Assembly: GCA_001793155.1 (NCBI GenBank)
Contig: MGHI01000039.1
Coordinates: 1,119 to 65,118, forward strand
DNA from: Candidatus Woesebacteria bacterium RIFCSPLOWO2_01_FULL_39_61
GTDB lineage: Bacteria > Patescibacteriota > Microgenomatia > UBA8517
Length of the DNA: 64,000 nucleotides
Direction: 5' to 3'
Under the pieces are notes generated by a model that did not search any database, was not told where the DNA came from, and saw only the letters and a list, made by a program, of their open reading frames with translations. The translations under genes were made by a program, and so were the position numbers. Shown one piece after another: positions 38,490 through 48,034 of the stretch. Each line of letters starts with the position of its first letter. Positions within the stretch are counted from its first letter, which is position 1.

Positions 38490-39611
38490 ATGAAAGTAGC
38501 ATTGGTCCATGACTACATAAAAGAGTATGGGGGTGCCGAGAGGGTTTTGGAAGCTCTCCACGAAATTTGGCCGAACGCAGACGTTTATACATTGGTTTAT
38601 CTGCCGAAATTTCTGGGACCCCACAGGGAGAGATTTAAAAACTGGAATATTAAACCTTCAATTCTACAATACGTACCCCTAAAGGGAAAGCTTATTAGTA
38701 TGTTTCGGTTGATTGATCCATTGGTTTTTAAAATGATGGATTTATCGGATTATGACCTAATTATTGTTTCGGCTGCTGGTACGTATACAGGGGTAAATTC
38801 ATTCAAAAAGAGTAAAAAATCACTTCATATCTGCTATTGCCATACACCCCCAAGATACTTATACGGTTATGCCACAGCCAATAAGTGGACGACAAATTCA
38901 CTGAGAAGATTTTTATTAATTTTGGGGCAAATTCCGATACACTTTATAAGACTTTATAATTTTATCGATTCCCAAAAACCTGATTATTTTATTGCAAACT
39001 CAAAAGAAATTGTTGCAAGAATAAATAAATTCTATAGAAGAGATGCAACTGTAATTCATCCGCCGATTGATATTCCAAAAATTCTCAAAAGTACTCCAAT
39101 AAAGGACAGAAAATATTATTTGACCGGAGGAAGATTAGCTAGGGCTAAGAGATTTGACTTGGCAGTCGAAGCCTGTACAAGACTTAATTTACCCTTGAAA
39201 GTCTTTGGCCGTGAATTTGCTGGCTACGGTAAAGAATTAAAAAGTTTAGCTGGTCCGACAGTTGAGTTTTTAGGTGAAGTCTCCCAGGAGAAAAAATGGA
39301 GTCTTATCAAGAATGCAAAAGCCTATATTTCTCCTTCCTTACAGGAAGATTTCGGCATGCTCAATTTGGAAGTTAATGCTGGTGGGACTCCCGTTATTGC
39401 CTATAAATCAGGGGGTGTTTTGGAAACCATAATTGATGGCAAAACAGGAATTTTTTTCGATGAACCAAGTGTAGAGTCTGTCATTGCCGCAATAAAACAG
39501 TTTAACAGGATAAAGTGGGACAAAAAGAAACTTCAAGAAAACGCTAGGAAATTTTCAAAAGAACGGTTTGAAGACGAAATAAAAGAGTTTGTAAAAGCTA
39601 GAGTTCAATGA
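38490..39611 (+). CDS. GT4-family glycosyltransferase
   Basis: C-terminal EX7E-like region (NLEVNAGGTPVIAYKSGGVLETIIDGKTG). Confidence 0.8.
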   Translation: MKVALVHDYIKEYGGAERVLEALHEIWPNADVYTLVYLPKFLGPHRERFKNWNIKPSILQYVPLKGKLISMFRLIDPLVFKMMDLSDYDLIIVSAAGTYTGVNSFKKSKKSLHICYCHTPPRYLYGYATANKWTTNSLRRFLLILGQIPIHFIRLYNFIDSQKPDYFIANSKEIVARINKFYRRDATVIHPPIDIPKILKSTPIKDRKYYLTGGRLARAKRFDLAVEACTRLNLPLKVFGREFAGYGKELKSLAGPTVEFLGEVSQEKKWSLIKNAKAYISPSLQEDFGMLNLEVNAGGTPVIAYKSGGVLETIIDGKTGIFFDEPSVESVIAAIKQFNRIKWDKKKLQENARKFSKERFEDEIKEFVKARVQ

Positions 39612-40291
39612 GATAGTCTCTCAAATACCTGCCCAATTTCATCAAAGTGCCAATTCATTCTGTCAGAGTCGGGGGGAGTTATGTGTGTGACCCTAGCAGA
39701 ACTATCAAAGTAAGCTGCATCTACGTTGCCATCTTCGTTTATCTTTGACCTTCCGACTTTGATATTCACGCTATTACTTCTAATTGTAAATTCGATCACT
39801 TCTTCGGTTACCTTTTTGGGGTCGTCTCTGCGGTGGATATACAGAGTTTTTGACGTCTTATATCTATCGTCTATTTGGTATCCTGGGAAACTTTCTTTTA
39901 TCCTTGGTTGCAGGTCTTGCTCAATAAACTTCTGCCCTTCCTCATACTCTTCTTGTAGATCTTTAAGAGTTGACAACACCGCATGAGTCCAATTACCTTC
40001 AGGACCAAGCTCTTCTTGTAATCTTTCAAAGATTTGGTCATATCCGCCCTCTCTGAGAGCGCTCTTTATAAAATCTCCGCGGTCGTTTCTTGCTGCACCA
40101 ACGTCGTTCAGGAGTTCTGAAACCAGAATTTCGGGTAATGGTTGTTGCCATTCTTCACTTTTATTAAGTCTTGCCGCGAAAGTATATCTTTCATTCTGAT
40201 ATTTTTTTTCGCCCTCTGGCGGGTTATAGTACACAGTATCAGCTATAAAAACTATTTCTCCTTCTCCTTCTGGTTTGATGAATTTTCTCAA
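39605..40291 (-). CDS. hypothetical protein
   Basis: 228-aa acidic ORF. Confidence 0.45.
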   Translation of the reverse strand: MRKFIKPEGEGEIVFIADTVYYNPPEGEKKYQNERYTFAARLNKSEEWQQPLPEILVSELLNDVGAARNDRGDFIKSALREGGYDQIFERLQEELGPEGNWTHAVLSTLKDLQEEYEEGQKFIEQDLQPRIKESFPGYQIDDRYKTSKTLYIHRRDDPKKVTEEVIEFTIRSNSVNIKVGRSKINEDGNVDAAYFDSSARVTHITPPDSDRMNWHFDEIGQVFERLSH

Positions 40292-40535
40292 TGTACCCCA
40301 ACTTGTTTCAGGATCATAAATAAACCCAAGTCTTTCGGCTAACCCCCTTGCACCCGTGATTTTAAAGGTTTTCGTTCGTCTGGCTGCAAAAATTCATTCA
40401 TGGTATCTAATTATATAATTGCCTTGCTAAATTTTGCACATCCGAAGCTAATACTTCCTATTTTCTTATTAGGCTCTTAAGGAATAAAATAGTCTCAGGC
40501 AAACTCCGATTTCATCGGAGGAGTGCACAAATTTT

Positions 40536-41471
40536 ATGCTCGAGAAAGTTCTGGAAGTCAACAATTTAAGCAAAAGCTTTGGCAAGACAAAAGCCGTCAA
40601 AAATATTTCCTTCCATATTAACGAGGGTGAGATTGTTGGACTTTTGGGACCCAATGGCGCCGGAAAGACTACAACTATTCAAATGCTTTTGGGTACTTTG
40701 ACTCCCACATCGGGGGATGCTTGGTATTTCGGAAAAAGTTTTAAAGATCACAGGGAAGAAATCTTACAAAAAGTTAACTTTTGTTCGAGTTACATAAGGC
40801 TTCCCTGGAGACTGACAGTATATGAGAATTTAGATGTTATCGCGAGGCTTTACGGAGTAAAAAATCGCAAAAGGCGAATCAAGAAACTTTTGGATGCCTT
40901 TGATATTTCCGAATTCGAAAAACGGCCGTTCGCCTCGCTCTCGGCAGGTCAGATAATGAGGGTAGTACTTGCAAAATCTTTTATAAATTACCCGAAAGTA
41001 ATTTTGTTGGATGAACCAACTGCAAGTTTGGATCCGGATATTGCCAAAAAAGTTCGTGACTTTCTGATACGAGAGCAAAAAGAGTTCCAGGTTTCAATGC
41101 TTTATACCTCACATAATATGGCGGAGGTAGAGAGATTGTGTGATAGAGTAATATTTTTAAATAAAGGAAAAATCCTCGCTGAAGATACACCGTTGGGTCT
41201 GGCAAATAAAATTGACATTTCAAGAGTCGACTTACTCATTAATAGAGATATCACCAAAGCCCAAGGAATTTGTGTGGAAAATAAGTGGAAGGCGAACATA
41301 TCGGATAACTTTTTAAAAGTAGAGTTGAAAGAAAAAGATATATCAAAATTACTTTCAACATTAGCAAAGTCAGGTATCGACTACAGCGAAATTAGTATAG
41401 ATAAACCGACTCTGGAGGACTTTTTCTTACAAGTTTCAAGTAAAGGCAAGTTGCCTCAAAAGGAGAAATAA
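40536..41471 (+). CDS. ABC transporter ATP-binding protein (ABC-2 exporter type, with a C-terminal extension)
   Basis: Walker A GPNGAGKTT, signature LSAGQ, Walker B ILLDEPT. Confidence 0.85.
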   Translation: MLEKVLEVNNLSKSFGKTKAVKNISFHINEGEIVGLLGPNGAGKTTTIQMLLGTLTPTSGDAWYFGKSFKDHREEILQKVNFCSSYIRLPWRLTVYENLDVIARLYGVKNRKRRIKKLLDAFDISEFEKRPFASLSAGQIMRVVLAKSFINYPKVILLDEPTASLDPDIAKKVRDFLIREQKEFQVSMLYTSHNMAEVERLCDRVIFLNKGKILAEDTPLGLANKIDISRVDLLINRDITKAQGICVENKWKANISDNFLKVELKEKDISKLLSTLAKSGIDYSEISIDKPTLEDFFLQVSSKGKLPQKEK

Positions 41472-41472
41472 C

Positions 41473-42258
41473 ATGAACTGGAACGCCGTCAACGGTATAA
41501 TTTTTAGGCATTTATACAATTTTAAGCACAGCTGGGATAGACTGGCAGACTCCTTTTATTGGCCGGCAATGGATATTTTCCTTTGGGGTTTTACCAGCGT
41601 TTATATAGCCAAGCAGGCAGGCAGTATTCCCCAAATAATAGTGGTCTTGCTGTCTGGCCTAATTCTTTGGCAGGTTGTTTGGCGTGCGCAATATGAAATT
41701 TCGGTTAATCTTTTAGAGGAAATGTGGAATCAAAATATAGTCAACCTTTTTGCATCCCCCTTAAGAGTCCGAGAGTGGGTTGTCGGTGCGTTTATTTTGG
41801 GCCTTATTAAAATGTTCTTTTCAATTTCCTTCGCCACAATCTTGGCTTACATTTTCTACAAAGCGAACATCTTCAGCCTGGGATTTTACCTTATCCCTTT
41901 CATTATAAGTCTCATGATTACAGGTTGGTCGATAGGTCTTATTGTCTCGGGATTAATAGTGAATTTCGGTATGCGAATCCAAACTATAGCTTGGGGCGGA
42001 ATATTCTTGCTAGCCCCATTTTCGGCCGTTTATTATCCGATTTCTACGCTACCTTCCTGGGCGCAAAAGGTCGCAGCCTTTATTCCGACAAGTTATATCT
42101 TTGAAGGCATGAGAACTATCATATTCACCGGCAAAATGTCTGAAGACTTACTTATTAAAAGTTTTCTATTAAATGGACTCTTTTTATGTTTTGGAATTGT
42201 TACTTTCATACTAATGTTTAAAAAAAGCAAAGAAAAAGGTCTTGCCCGCTTAGAGTAA
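41473..42258 (+). CDS. ABC-2 type transporter permease
   Basis: Six hydrophobic helices; paired with the upstream ATPase, 1-nt spacing. Confidence 0.75.
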   Translation: MNWNAVNGIIFRHLYNFKHSWDRLADSFYWPAMDIFLWGFTSVYIAKQAGSIPQIIVVLLSGLILWQVVWRAQYEISVNLLEEMWNQNIVNLFASPLRVREWVVGAFILGLIKMFFSISFATILAYIFYKANIFSLGFYLIPFIISLMITGWSIGLIVSGLIVNFGMRIQTIAWGGIFLLAPFSAVYYPISTLPSWAQKVAAFIPTSYIFEGMRTIIFTGKMSEDLLIKSFLLNGLFLCFGIVTFILMFKKSKEKGLARLE

Positions 42259-42259
42259 T

Positions 42260-43147
42260 ATGCCGGAATTACCCGAAGTCGAGTCGATTAAATTGCAGCT
42301 TAGTAAATATGTTGTTGGCCATAAGATCGAAGCCGTTGATGTTCGAAACCAAAAGATTTTTCAAGGTAAAACCAGCGATGTCGTTGGTGCAAAAATTAAG
42401 GAAATCAGAAGATTTGCAAAGGTGTTATCGATCGATCTTTCCAATGGCAATTCTTTGGTCATTCATATTAAGTTGACGGGCCAGCTAATTTATCGAGGTC
42501 CGAATTTGTCGGTCAAAGGCCGATCGTCTTCTGGACGAAAAACTGTTCCGCCCCTTTCTAAAAAGGTGATGGGAGGAGTTCCTGGGCCTCACACCCACGT
42601 TATTTTTGATCTTGATGGGGGTGGATTTCTTTACTACAACGACATAAGACGGTTCGGTTGGGTAAAAGTTATAAAAACCAAGGACGTAGAGAAAACCGGT
42701 TTTATAGGTAAGTTGGGTCCTGAGCCTTTCAAAGATTTAACTCTCCAATATTTCGAAAAAGTTCTTTCTAAGACCGCGAGAACGATAAAAGTTGTTTTGA
42801 TGGATCAAGCTAAAATTGGTGGAGTCGGTAATATTTATGCTAATGATGCCCTCTGGCTATCCAAAATTAATCCAAAGACACCTGCAAGCCAGTTGAGCGA
42901 TAACGAAGTTAAGGATCTATATGACTCTATCCATAAAGTTTTAAAGGCCGGGATGAAATATGGAGGTGCGTCGGAACTTGCTTTTGTTACGCCTGATGGG
43001 GCCGAGGGGGAGTATCAAAAACACACTTTAGCATATGGCCGGGATGGTGAGCCTTGCGAAAGATGCCACAAAGCCAAAATTCAGAAATATTTCCTCTCCG
43101 GCCGCGGTACGTATTTTTGTCCTATATGTCAGATATATTTGAGTTAA
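42260..43147 (+). CDS. mutM: formamidopyrimidine-DNA glycosylase (Fpg/MutM)
   Basis: N-terminal MPELPEVE, H2TH, C-terminal zinc finger C..C...C..C. Confidence 0.9.
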   Translation: MPELPEVESIKLQLSKYVVGHKIEAVDVRNQKIFQGKTSDVVGAKIKEIRRFAKVLSIDLSNGNSLVIHIKLTGQLIYRGPNLSVKGRSSSGRKTVPPLSKKVMGGVPGPHTHVIFDLDGGGFLYYNDIRRFGWVKVIKTKDVEKTGFIGKLGPEPFKDLTLQYFEKVLSKTARTIKVVLMDQAKIGGVGNIYANDALWLSKINPKTPASQLSDNEVKDLYDSIHKVLKAGMKYGGASELAFVTPDGAEGEYQKHTLAYGRDGEPCERCHKAKIQKYFLSGRGTYFCPICQIYLS

Positions 43148-43485
43148 AATCAATTCCATTTGAGAAAAATTGTTATGCGTGAATACAAAAAGTATCGTAC
43201 CTGTGGTAGCTACCTTTTTACCCCAAGTGCCAGGTCTAAAAATTGACAATAAAAGGAAAAAACCACTGTTCCAAAGGAACCTATTTCTAATGTTCTCTGG
43301 GGTGTTAACTTCTGCACGTCTGTCAGATGACGTTTTAACATTAGACCGCTATGTCGGATCTTCTCAACGCACAAAGACGGAAAGACCCTTTCCCAAATAA
43401 GTTGTTAAGCCTTAGTGTAAACAGATTTTTATAAACCTTAAGAGACTCGATATATGTCTGATTTTTCTTTTCTGGGACGACAGCT

Positions 43486-43869
43486 TTGTTTTGGATACCT
43501 TCGAGCCTACGCTATTGCAAGATTATACTCGTTGGTTATAAAATTTTAATATATATGACAGACGTTTCTGTACTTTTGAATTATGTCGAGGCATCAGGTA
43601 TTGAAGATATTAGTTCTATATTAAATCAAGCGACAGAAAGATTCTCAAACGGGGAAATTAACCTCAGACAATACAAGGAAATATTGATGAGTATTGCTAA
43701 AAGAACTGATAAATTAGCCAAGGAAATTTATCAAAAACAAGAAACTGATCAAAACACGAGATTAATTGATATAGAAGAGTACAGGACACTTCTAGATATT
43801 TCTAGGGAATGCAGAGATGGACTAAGGCAAATAGTATTGATTAGGGGCTACGACGACAAGATTAAATAA
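43486..43869 (+). CDS. hypothetical cytoplasmic protein
   Basis: 127-aa ORF; the likely real start is an internal Met around 43555. Confidence 0.4.
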   Translation: MFWIPSSLRYCKIILVGYKILIYMTDVSVLLNYVEASGIEDISSILNQATERFSNGEINLRQYKEILMSIAKRTDKLAKEIYQKQETDQNTRLIDIEEYRTLLDISRECRDGLRQIVLIRGYDDKIK

Positions 43870-43901
43870 AAAACAACTTTTATTATTAACCCTTTGGTCT
43901 A

Positions 43902-45725
43902 ATGGAAGAAAGTAAAGAAGAATCTCGAAATCTACGTCAAATCGAAGCTCAGAGAATTATTTCTCCAGAATTGTCTTTTCCTTGGCAGCTGCCAGATAGA
44001 ATTGGTATAGCAACACCCCAAGGATTAAAAGAAACTTCAATAGGGAGCATATCTGGAGAGGAAATGACCCATAAAACTTCAGAGATCGTAACGTACGAAC
44101 TCAAATTCGATACAGAGCCTGGTGACGAACTTGCTACAATTGAGTTTGTGTTGAAAGGAGTAAGTGAAAAAGATTACACGGTAATAACTTCTGGCTGGCA
44201 TACATGGTCTGGAAAAGAAACAAGAGGCAAACAAGTAGGAATTTCTTCGGTTTCTGGAAGAACCAAAGGAGGAAGGAGCAATTTTGTAGTAGAACCCGGT
44301 ATGGGGGGTATTACCCCGAAAGGTGAAGGAACAAGTTACGGCTGGCTTAACTTTAGAAAGAACGATGGGAGTGAAAATATTGCGGTAGGGGTTATTCCGA
44401 GCCTTGATACGATTGAAGACATTAAGTTTAAGCAAGTTGATGAAGACATGGTTGTTACACTTAGAAAAAGGCTAGAGGGAGTAACCCAATCTAAAAAGAG
44501 AGAGATTAAAGTTTTTATGGGTCGTGGGAATTACGCTGATTTGACTGAGAAATTTGCACAAGAGCTTGAAAAATTAGTTGGAGAAGTTAAACCAATGAGA
44601 GACAGAAAGATTTGGTTTACTTGGGCGGCCTACGGAAAGTGGATAACTCAAAAAGAAGTTGAAGGGGAGATTCCAGTCGCAAAGGAGGTTGGTGTAGATA
44701 CGATTATTATAGACGACGGCTGGCAAAACCTTTCGGGTGACTGGGACATTAAACCTCAAAAATTTCCAGATATGACCGGGTTTATGGAAAAAATGAAAAG
44801 GGAGGGTATCAGACCTGGAATCTGGGTTGCGCCTTTTATGGTTATGCCTAATTCTGAATTTCATCGAGAACACCCTGATTGGTTAATGAAAGATAAGAAA
44901 GGAAGAGAGTTAACGGTTTCAAATCCCCAGATGCAGCCAACAGGAGCCGCGCTGCCTTTAGCCCAAAGAGCTTTTGGACTTGATGTTTCAATTCCTGAAG
45001 CTAGAGAATTTATACAAGAAAAACTGGTTCGTCTTTCGAAAGTGGGGTTTGATAGTTTTAAGTTAGACTTCATATCAATTCCCTTTATGGGACCTTTAAA
45101 ATACAAGGATAAGACATCTGTTGAGTATTACCGTCAGTTTTTTTTAGAGCTAAGGGAAAAAATTCGCGAACAAGCCCATAAGGATATTGAGTTGATTGGT
45201 TGTGGTGCACCTATGATGGAAAGTATTGGCCTTTTTGAGGGGATTAGGGTATCTCCAGATAGCGCTTGGCCGAATCTAGAGAGGATGCAGCTTCCTTATC
45301 TTAATAAAACCCTGGGCTCACTCTTAGAAAAGAAGCCTAAGATTGCGGAAGTTTTTGATAAAATCTTAAGGCGAATTGAAAATACTACCTATAGGGACGC
45401 TGCGGCGGTTGCGTTTAGAAGAGCACTAATTTTTGGGAAAGCACACGGGCTCATTCTTGACGGGATACACCTTAATGACCCGAAGATACATATAGACCCC
45501 GAAAGGAAAAAACGTTTATCGCTGGCTCTTCCAGCCTTAAAAAAGTTGGGTGCGATTAGTAATCTTTTTGTTGGTGATAGTTTAATAAGAGCCGGAGAAG
45601 GTGGGAGGAAAGAATGGGGAGCATTCTTGGATAGGTTTTCGAGAGGAGAGGTTGGAAATATAACTGAACCAATATTAAAAGTGGAAAGTGCGGTGGCCAG
45701 TTCAACCTCAGACGGTCAAGTGTAG
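43902..45725 (+). CDS. glycoside hydrolase, alpha-galactosidase-like (GH36/GH27 clan) with an N-terminal domain of unknown function
   Basis: IIIDDGWQ and FPDMTGFMEKMKREGIRPGIWVAPF catalytic-region motifs. Confidence 0.55.
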   Translation: MEESKEESRNLRQIEAQRIISPELSFPWQLPDRIGIATPQGLKETSIGSISGEEMTHKTSEIVTYELKFDTEPGDELATIEFVLKGVSEKDYTVITSGWHTWSGKETRGKQVGISSVSGRTKGGRSNFVVEPGMGGITPKGEGTSYGWLNFRKNDGSENIAVGVIPSLDTIEDIKFKQVDEDMVVTLRKRLEGVTQSKKREIKVFMGRGNYADLTEKFAQELEKLVGEVKPMRDRKIWFTWAAYGKWITQKEVEGEIPVAKEVGVDTIIIDDGWQNLSGDWDIKPQKFPDMTGFMEKMKREGIRPGIWVAPFMVMPNSEFHREHPDWLMKDKKGRELTVSNPQMQPTGAALPLAQRAFGLDVSIPEAREFIQEKLVRLSKVGFDSFKLDFISIPFMGPLKYKDKTSVEYYRQFFLELREKIREQAHKDIELIGCGAPMMESIGLFEGIRVSPDSAWPNLERMQLPYLNKTLGSLLEKKPKIAEVFDKILRRIENTTYRDAAAVAFRRALIFGKAHGLILDGIHLNDPKIHIDPERKKRLSLALPALKKLGAISNLFVGDSLIRAGEGGRKEWGAFLDRFSRGEVGNITEPILKVESAVASSTSDGQV

Positions 45726-45771
45726 GTAGAGACTCTTGCTTTGAAATAAAAAATTACGAACTTGTGAGTAG

Positions 45772-45847
45772 TGTCACAAAGTCAAGATTCAAAAATACTC
45801 TCTCTCTGGTCGCGGAACCTACTTATGTCCCTTATGTCAGAAATAGA
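45772..45847 (+). pseudogene. diverged duplicate of the fpg 3' end (zinc-finger fragment)
   Basis: Frame translation CHKVKIQKYSLSGRGTYLCPLCQK* versus the Fpg C-terminus CHKAKIQKYFLSGRGTYFCPICQI; coordinates within about 1 nt. Confidence 0.6.
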
Positions 45848-46931
45848 GAAAGCAAGGAAAGCAACGATAGAAAGGTGTGTTGTTAATTTAAATCAAGAGA
45901 AAGTAAAAGTTGGGGATTTTATTTTAAATAAAAATTCAAAAGTAATTGTTGATGGGGAGATTAGAGATAGAGTGGTTTGGTCGGGGGATCTTTTTACTTC
46001 CGGTCCGGCAGCAGCTAAATACCTTAAAGATGGGCTTTTGTATTGGCGCAATTCACTTCTTCTTACTACCTCGAAAATTTACAAGAGCGGAAAACTCCCG
46101 GCCTGTGTTTCTCTAAAAGGAAAGTACAGATTTCTGTCTTACTTTTTTGACACTTACGGAATGTGGTGGATTATTTCTGCGGATGGTTATCTTAAAAGAA
46201 CAAAAGACAAGAAATTCAGGAAATTTTTCCGACAAATACTTTCTAGTGTGATTGGTTTTTATTTGAAGAATGTAGGAAAAAAACTTATTTATAAAACGGG
46301 AAGGATAAATTTCTATTCCAACTGGACAGTGTTTAGACCAAGAGAAAATGTTTTGACGAATGTTTTACTATTTAAGTGCCTGCAAATTTATGAAGACCAT
46401 GGTTTTCGATCACCCTTTAGTTTGAGCGACTATAAAAAGGCAATTAATCAAAGATTTTGGAACAGGAAAGAAAGTTTATATTTTGATAACGAGCAAAGAG
46501 GGCTGGCCTTTTTGGATGGAAATTCATTATGTCTTATGTTTAGTTTGGCTACGAAAAAAAGAAAAGTAAAGTTAATTGATTCTCTAAAAAAGTTTGACAC
46601 ACCTTTTGGGCCGAAAGCTTATATAGGTAATCCCAGGTCGATAACTTCATATCATAAAAATATTGTTTCACCCTTTATTGCATATGTTTATGCTCTTGCT
46701 CTAACGAGGGTCGGTCATCAAAAAAAGGCAAGGATAATAGTGCAAAAAACAATTCTATCCGGACTTAATTTATCAAAAAAGTTCGGACAAGTTACTATCC
46801 CAGAGTTTTGGAAAATCAACGGAGAATTAGGTGCAAGAGCGGTTACAAGCAATAGGTTTAAATATGGACGAAGTCTTTGTCATGCTTGGAGTACGTTTGG
46901 GGATTACATCATTTTTCCGAGTACAAGTTGA
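45825..46931 (+). CDS. hypothetical protein, possibly a six-hairpin (alpha/alpha)6 glycosidase-like fold
   Basis: ORF track 45771..46931; start uncertain because the 5' part overlaps the fpg fragment; C-terminal CHAWS resembles glycosidase barrels. Weak. Confidence 0.35.
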   Translation: MSLMSEIEKARKATIERCVVNLNQEKVKVGDFILNKNSKVIVDGEIRDRVVWSGDLFTSGPAAAKYLKDGLLYWRNSLLLTTSKIYKSGKLPACVSLKGKYRFLSYFFDTYGMWWIISADGYLKRTKDKKFRKFFRQILSSVIGFYLKNVGKKLIYKTGRINFYSNWTVFRPRENVLTNVLLFKCLQIYEDHGFRSPFSLSDYKKAINQRFWNRKESLYFDNEQRGLAFLDGNSLCLMFSLATKKRKVKLIDSLKKFDTPFGPKAYIGNPRSITSYHKNIVSPFIAYVYALALTRVGHQKKARIIVQKTILSGLNLSKKFGQVTIPEFWKINGELGARAVTSNRFKYGRSLCHAWSTFGDYIIFPSTS

Positions 46932-48009
46932 TTAGTCTTTCGGCGGTTTTATTGGTTGAGAAGTTTTGGGCGCTTTTGTAGGCATTCAAGGAAAGTTTAT
47001 AAAGGATTTTAGGATTTGAGAAAAGATATTCGATTTTATCTGCTATTAATTTGGGGTTTCCTTTTAATATAAATCCGGTTTTTCCGTCCTTAATTATTTC
47101 TTCCAGCCCCGAGTTTTTAAGTGCAATTACGGGTAATCCAGAACCCAGCGCTTCCAGTAAGGAAAGCGGCATAACTTCAGATTTCGATGCTGTTATAAAC
47201 AAATGTGCCGATTTATAAATATCGGGTAGAAGGTAACGATTTACTCCTCCTGTAAATAGAATATTTTCTGCAAGTCTGGATTTGTACGCCTTTTGATTAA
47301 GTGCGGCAAGTTGAGATCCCGAGCCTACGATAATGAACCTGAAATTAGGTAGGATCTTCTTTAGATCCTGCGTGACTTTTAAGAGAAATAGAGGATCTTT
47401 CTCCTTTTCAACCCTTCCTGTATAAACCAGAGTGGGTTGACTCAAGCTTTTTTTCTTGGGTTTTATTAAAAACTCCCGCTCGACGCCATTATACACAACC
47501 GTTGTATTAGGGATTCCATATTTTTTTAGACGAACTTCTGTCTTTTGGGAAGGGCATATGACCTTTTTGCAGCGTTTACCCAAGTTGATTAAATTTTTGA
47601 TAATTATTCTGGAAGTGAAGTCATAACCGTGGGGAAAATAGTAATTTAGATACTGCTCGTATTGGGTGTGGGCAGTAAAATATAAGGGGAGATTAAGTTT
47701 ATCTGCAAGCTGGGATGCATATTGGCCAATGATTAGTGGATGGTGAGTGTGAATTATATCGAGTTTTATTTTTTTAATTTTTGCGAAAAGTACTAAAGGG
47801 ATACCCAAAGGATAGCTTTTTACAAAGGGATTGGGAAGTGAGGGATAGCGAATAACATCTTTGTCGGTATCTTTATAACCGGGGAAAGTGGGGGCTAAAA
47901 TAAAAACCTTGTGACCCATTTTTCTTAAAGCCTTGGTGGTTGAGTTTATGTGATAGGTTACCCCATTTACAGTAGGTAAGTAGGTAGCTGTAACAAATAA
48001 GATTCTCAC
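46909..48009 (-). CDS. GT4-family glycosyltransferase
   Basis: LEALGSGLPVIALKNSGLEEIIKDGKTG. Confidence 0.8.
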   Translation of the reverse strand: MRILFVTATYLPTVNGVTYHINSTTKALRKMGHKVFILAPTFPGYKDTDKDVIRYPSLPNPFVKSYPLGIPLVLFAKIKKIKLDIIHTHHPLIIGQYASQLADKLNLPLYFTAHTQYEQYLNYYFPHGYDFTSRIIIKNLINLGKRCKKVICPSQKTEVRLKKYGIPNTTVVYNGVEREFLIKPKKKSLSQPTLVYTGRVEKEKDPLFLLKVTQDLKKILPNFRFIIVGSGSQLAALNQKAYKSRLAENILFTGGVNRYLLPDIYKSAHLFITASKSEVMPLSLLEALGSGLPVIALKNSGLEEIIKDGKTGFILKGNPKLIADKIEYLFSNPKILYKLSLNAYKSAQNFSTNKTAERLINLYSEK

Positions 48010-48034
48010 AAGGTGTATTATATACTTTTAACGG

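Larger units (their letters stand above)
43150..45847 (+). mobile_element. putative inserted island between the intact fpg 3' end and a diverged duplicate of it
   Basis: Contains a 127-aa hypothetical gene and a GH36-like gene; bounded by the fpg zinc-finger coding end (43064..43147) and its roughly 75%-identical copy (about 45772..45847); no recombinase seen. Confidence 0.35.

Noticed and set aside
43170-43400. 76-aa ORF in the fpg-downstream spacer
   Set aside because: It has no RBS, an odd composition, and overlaps a region full of short palindromes. It is kept only as part of the putative island, not called as a gene.
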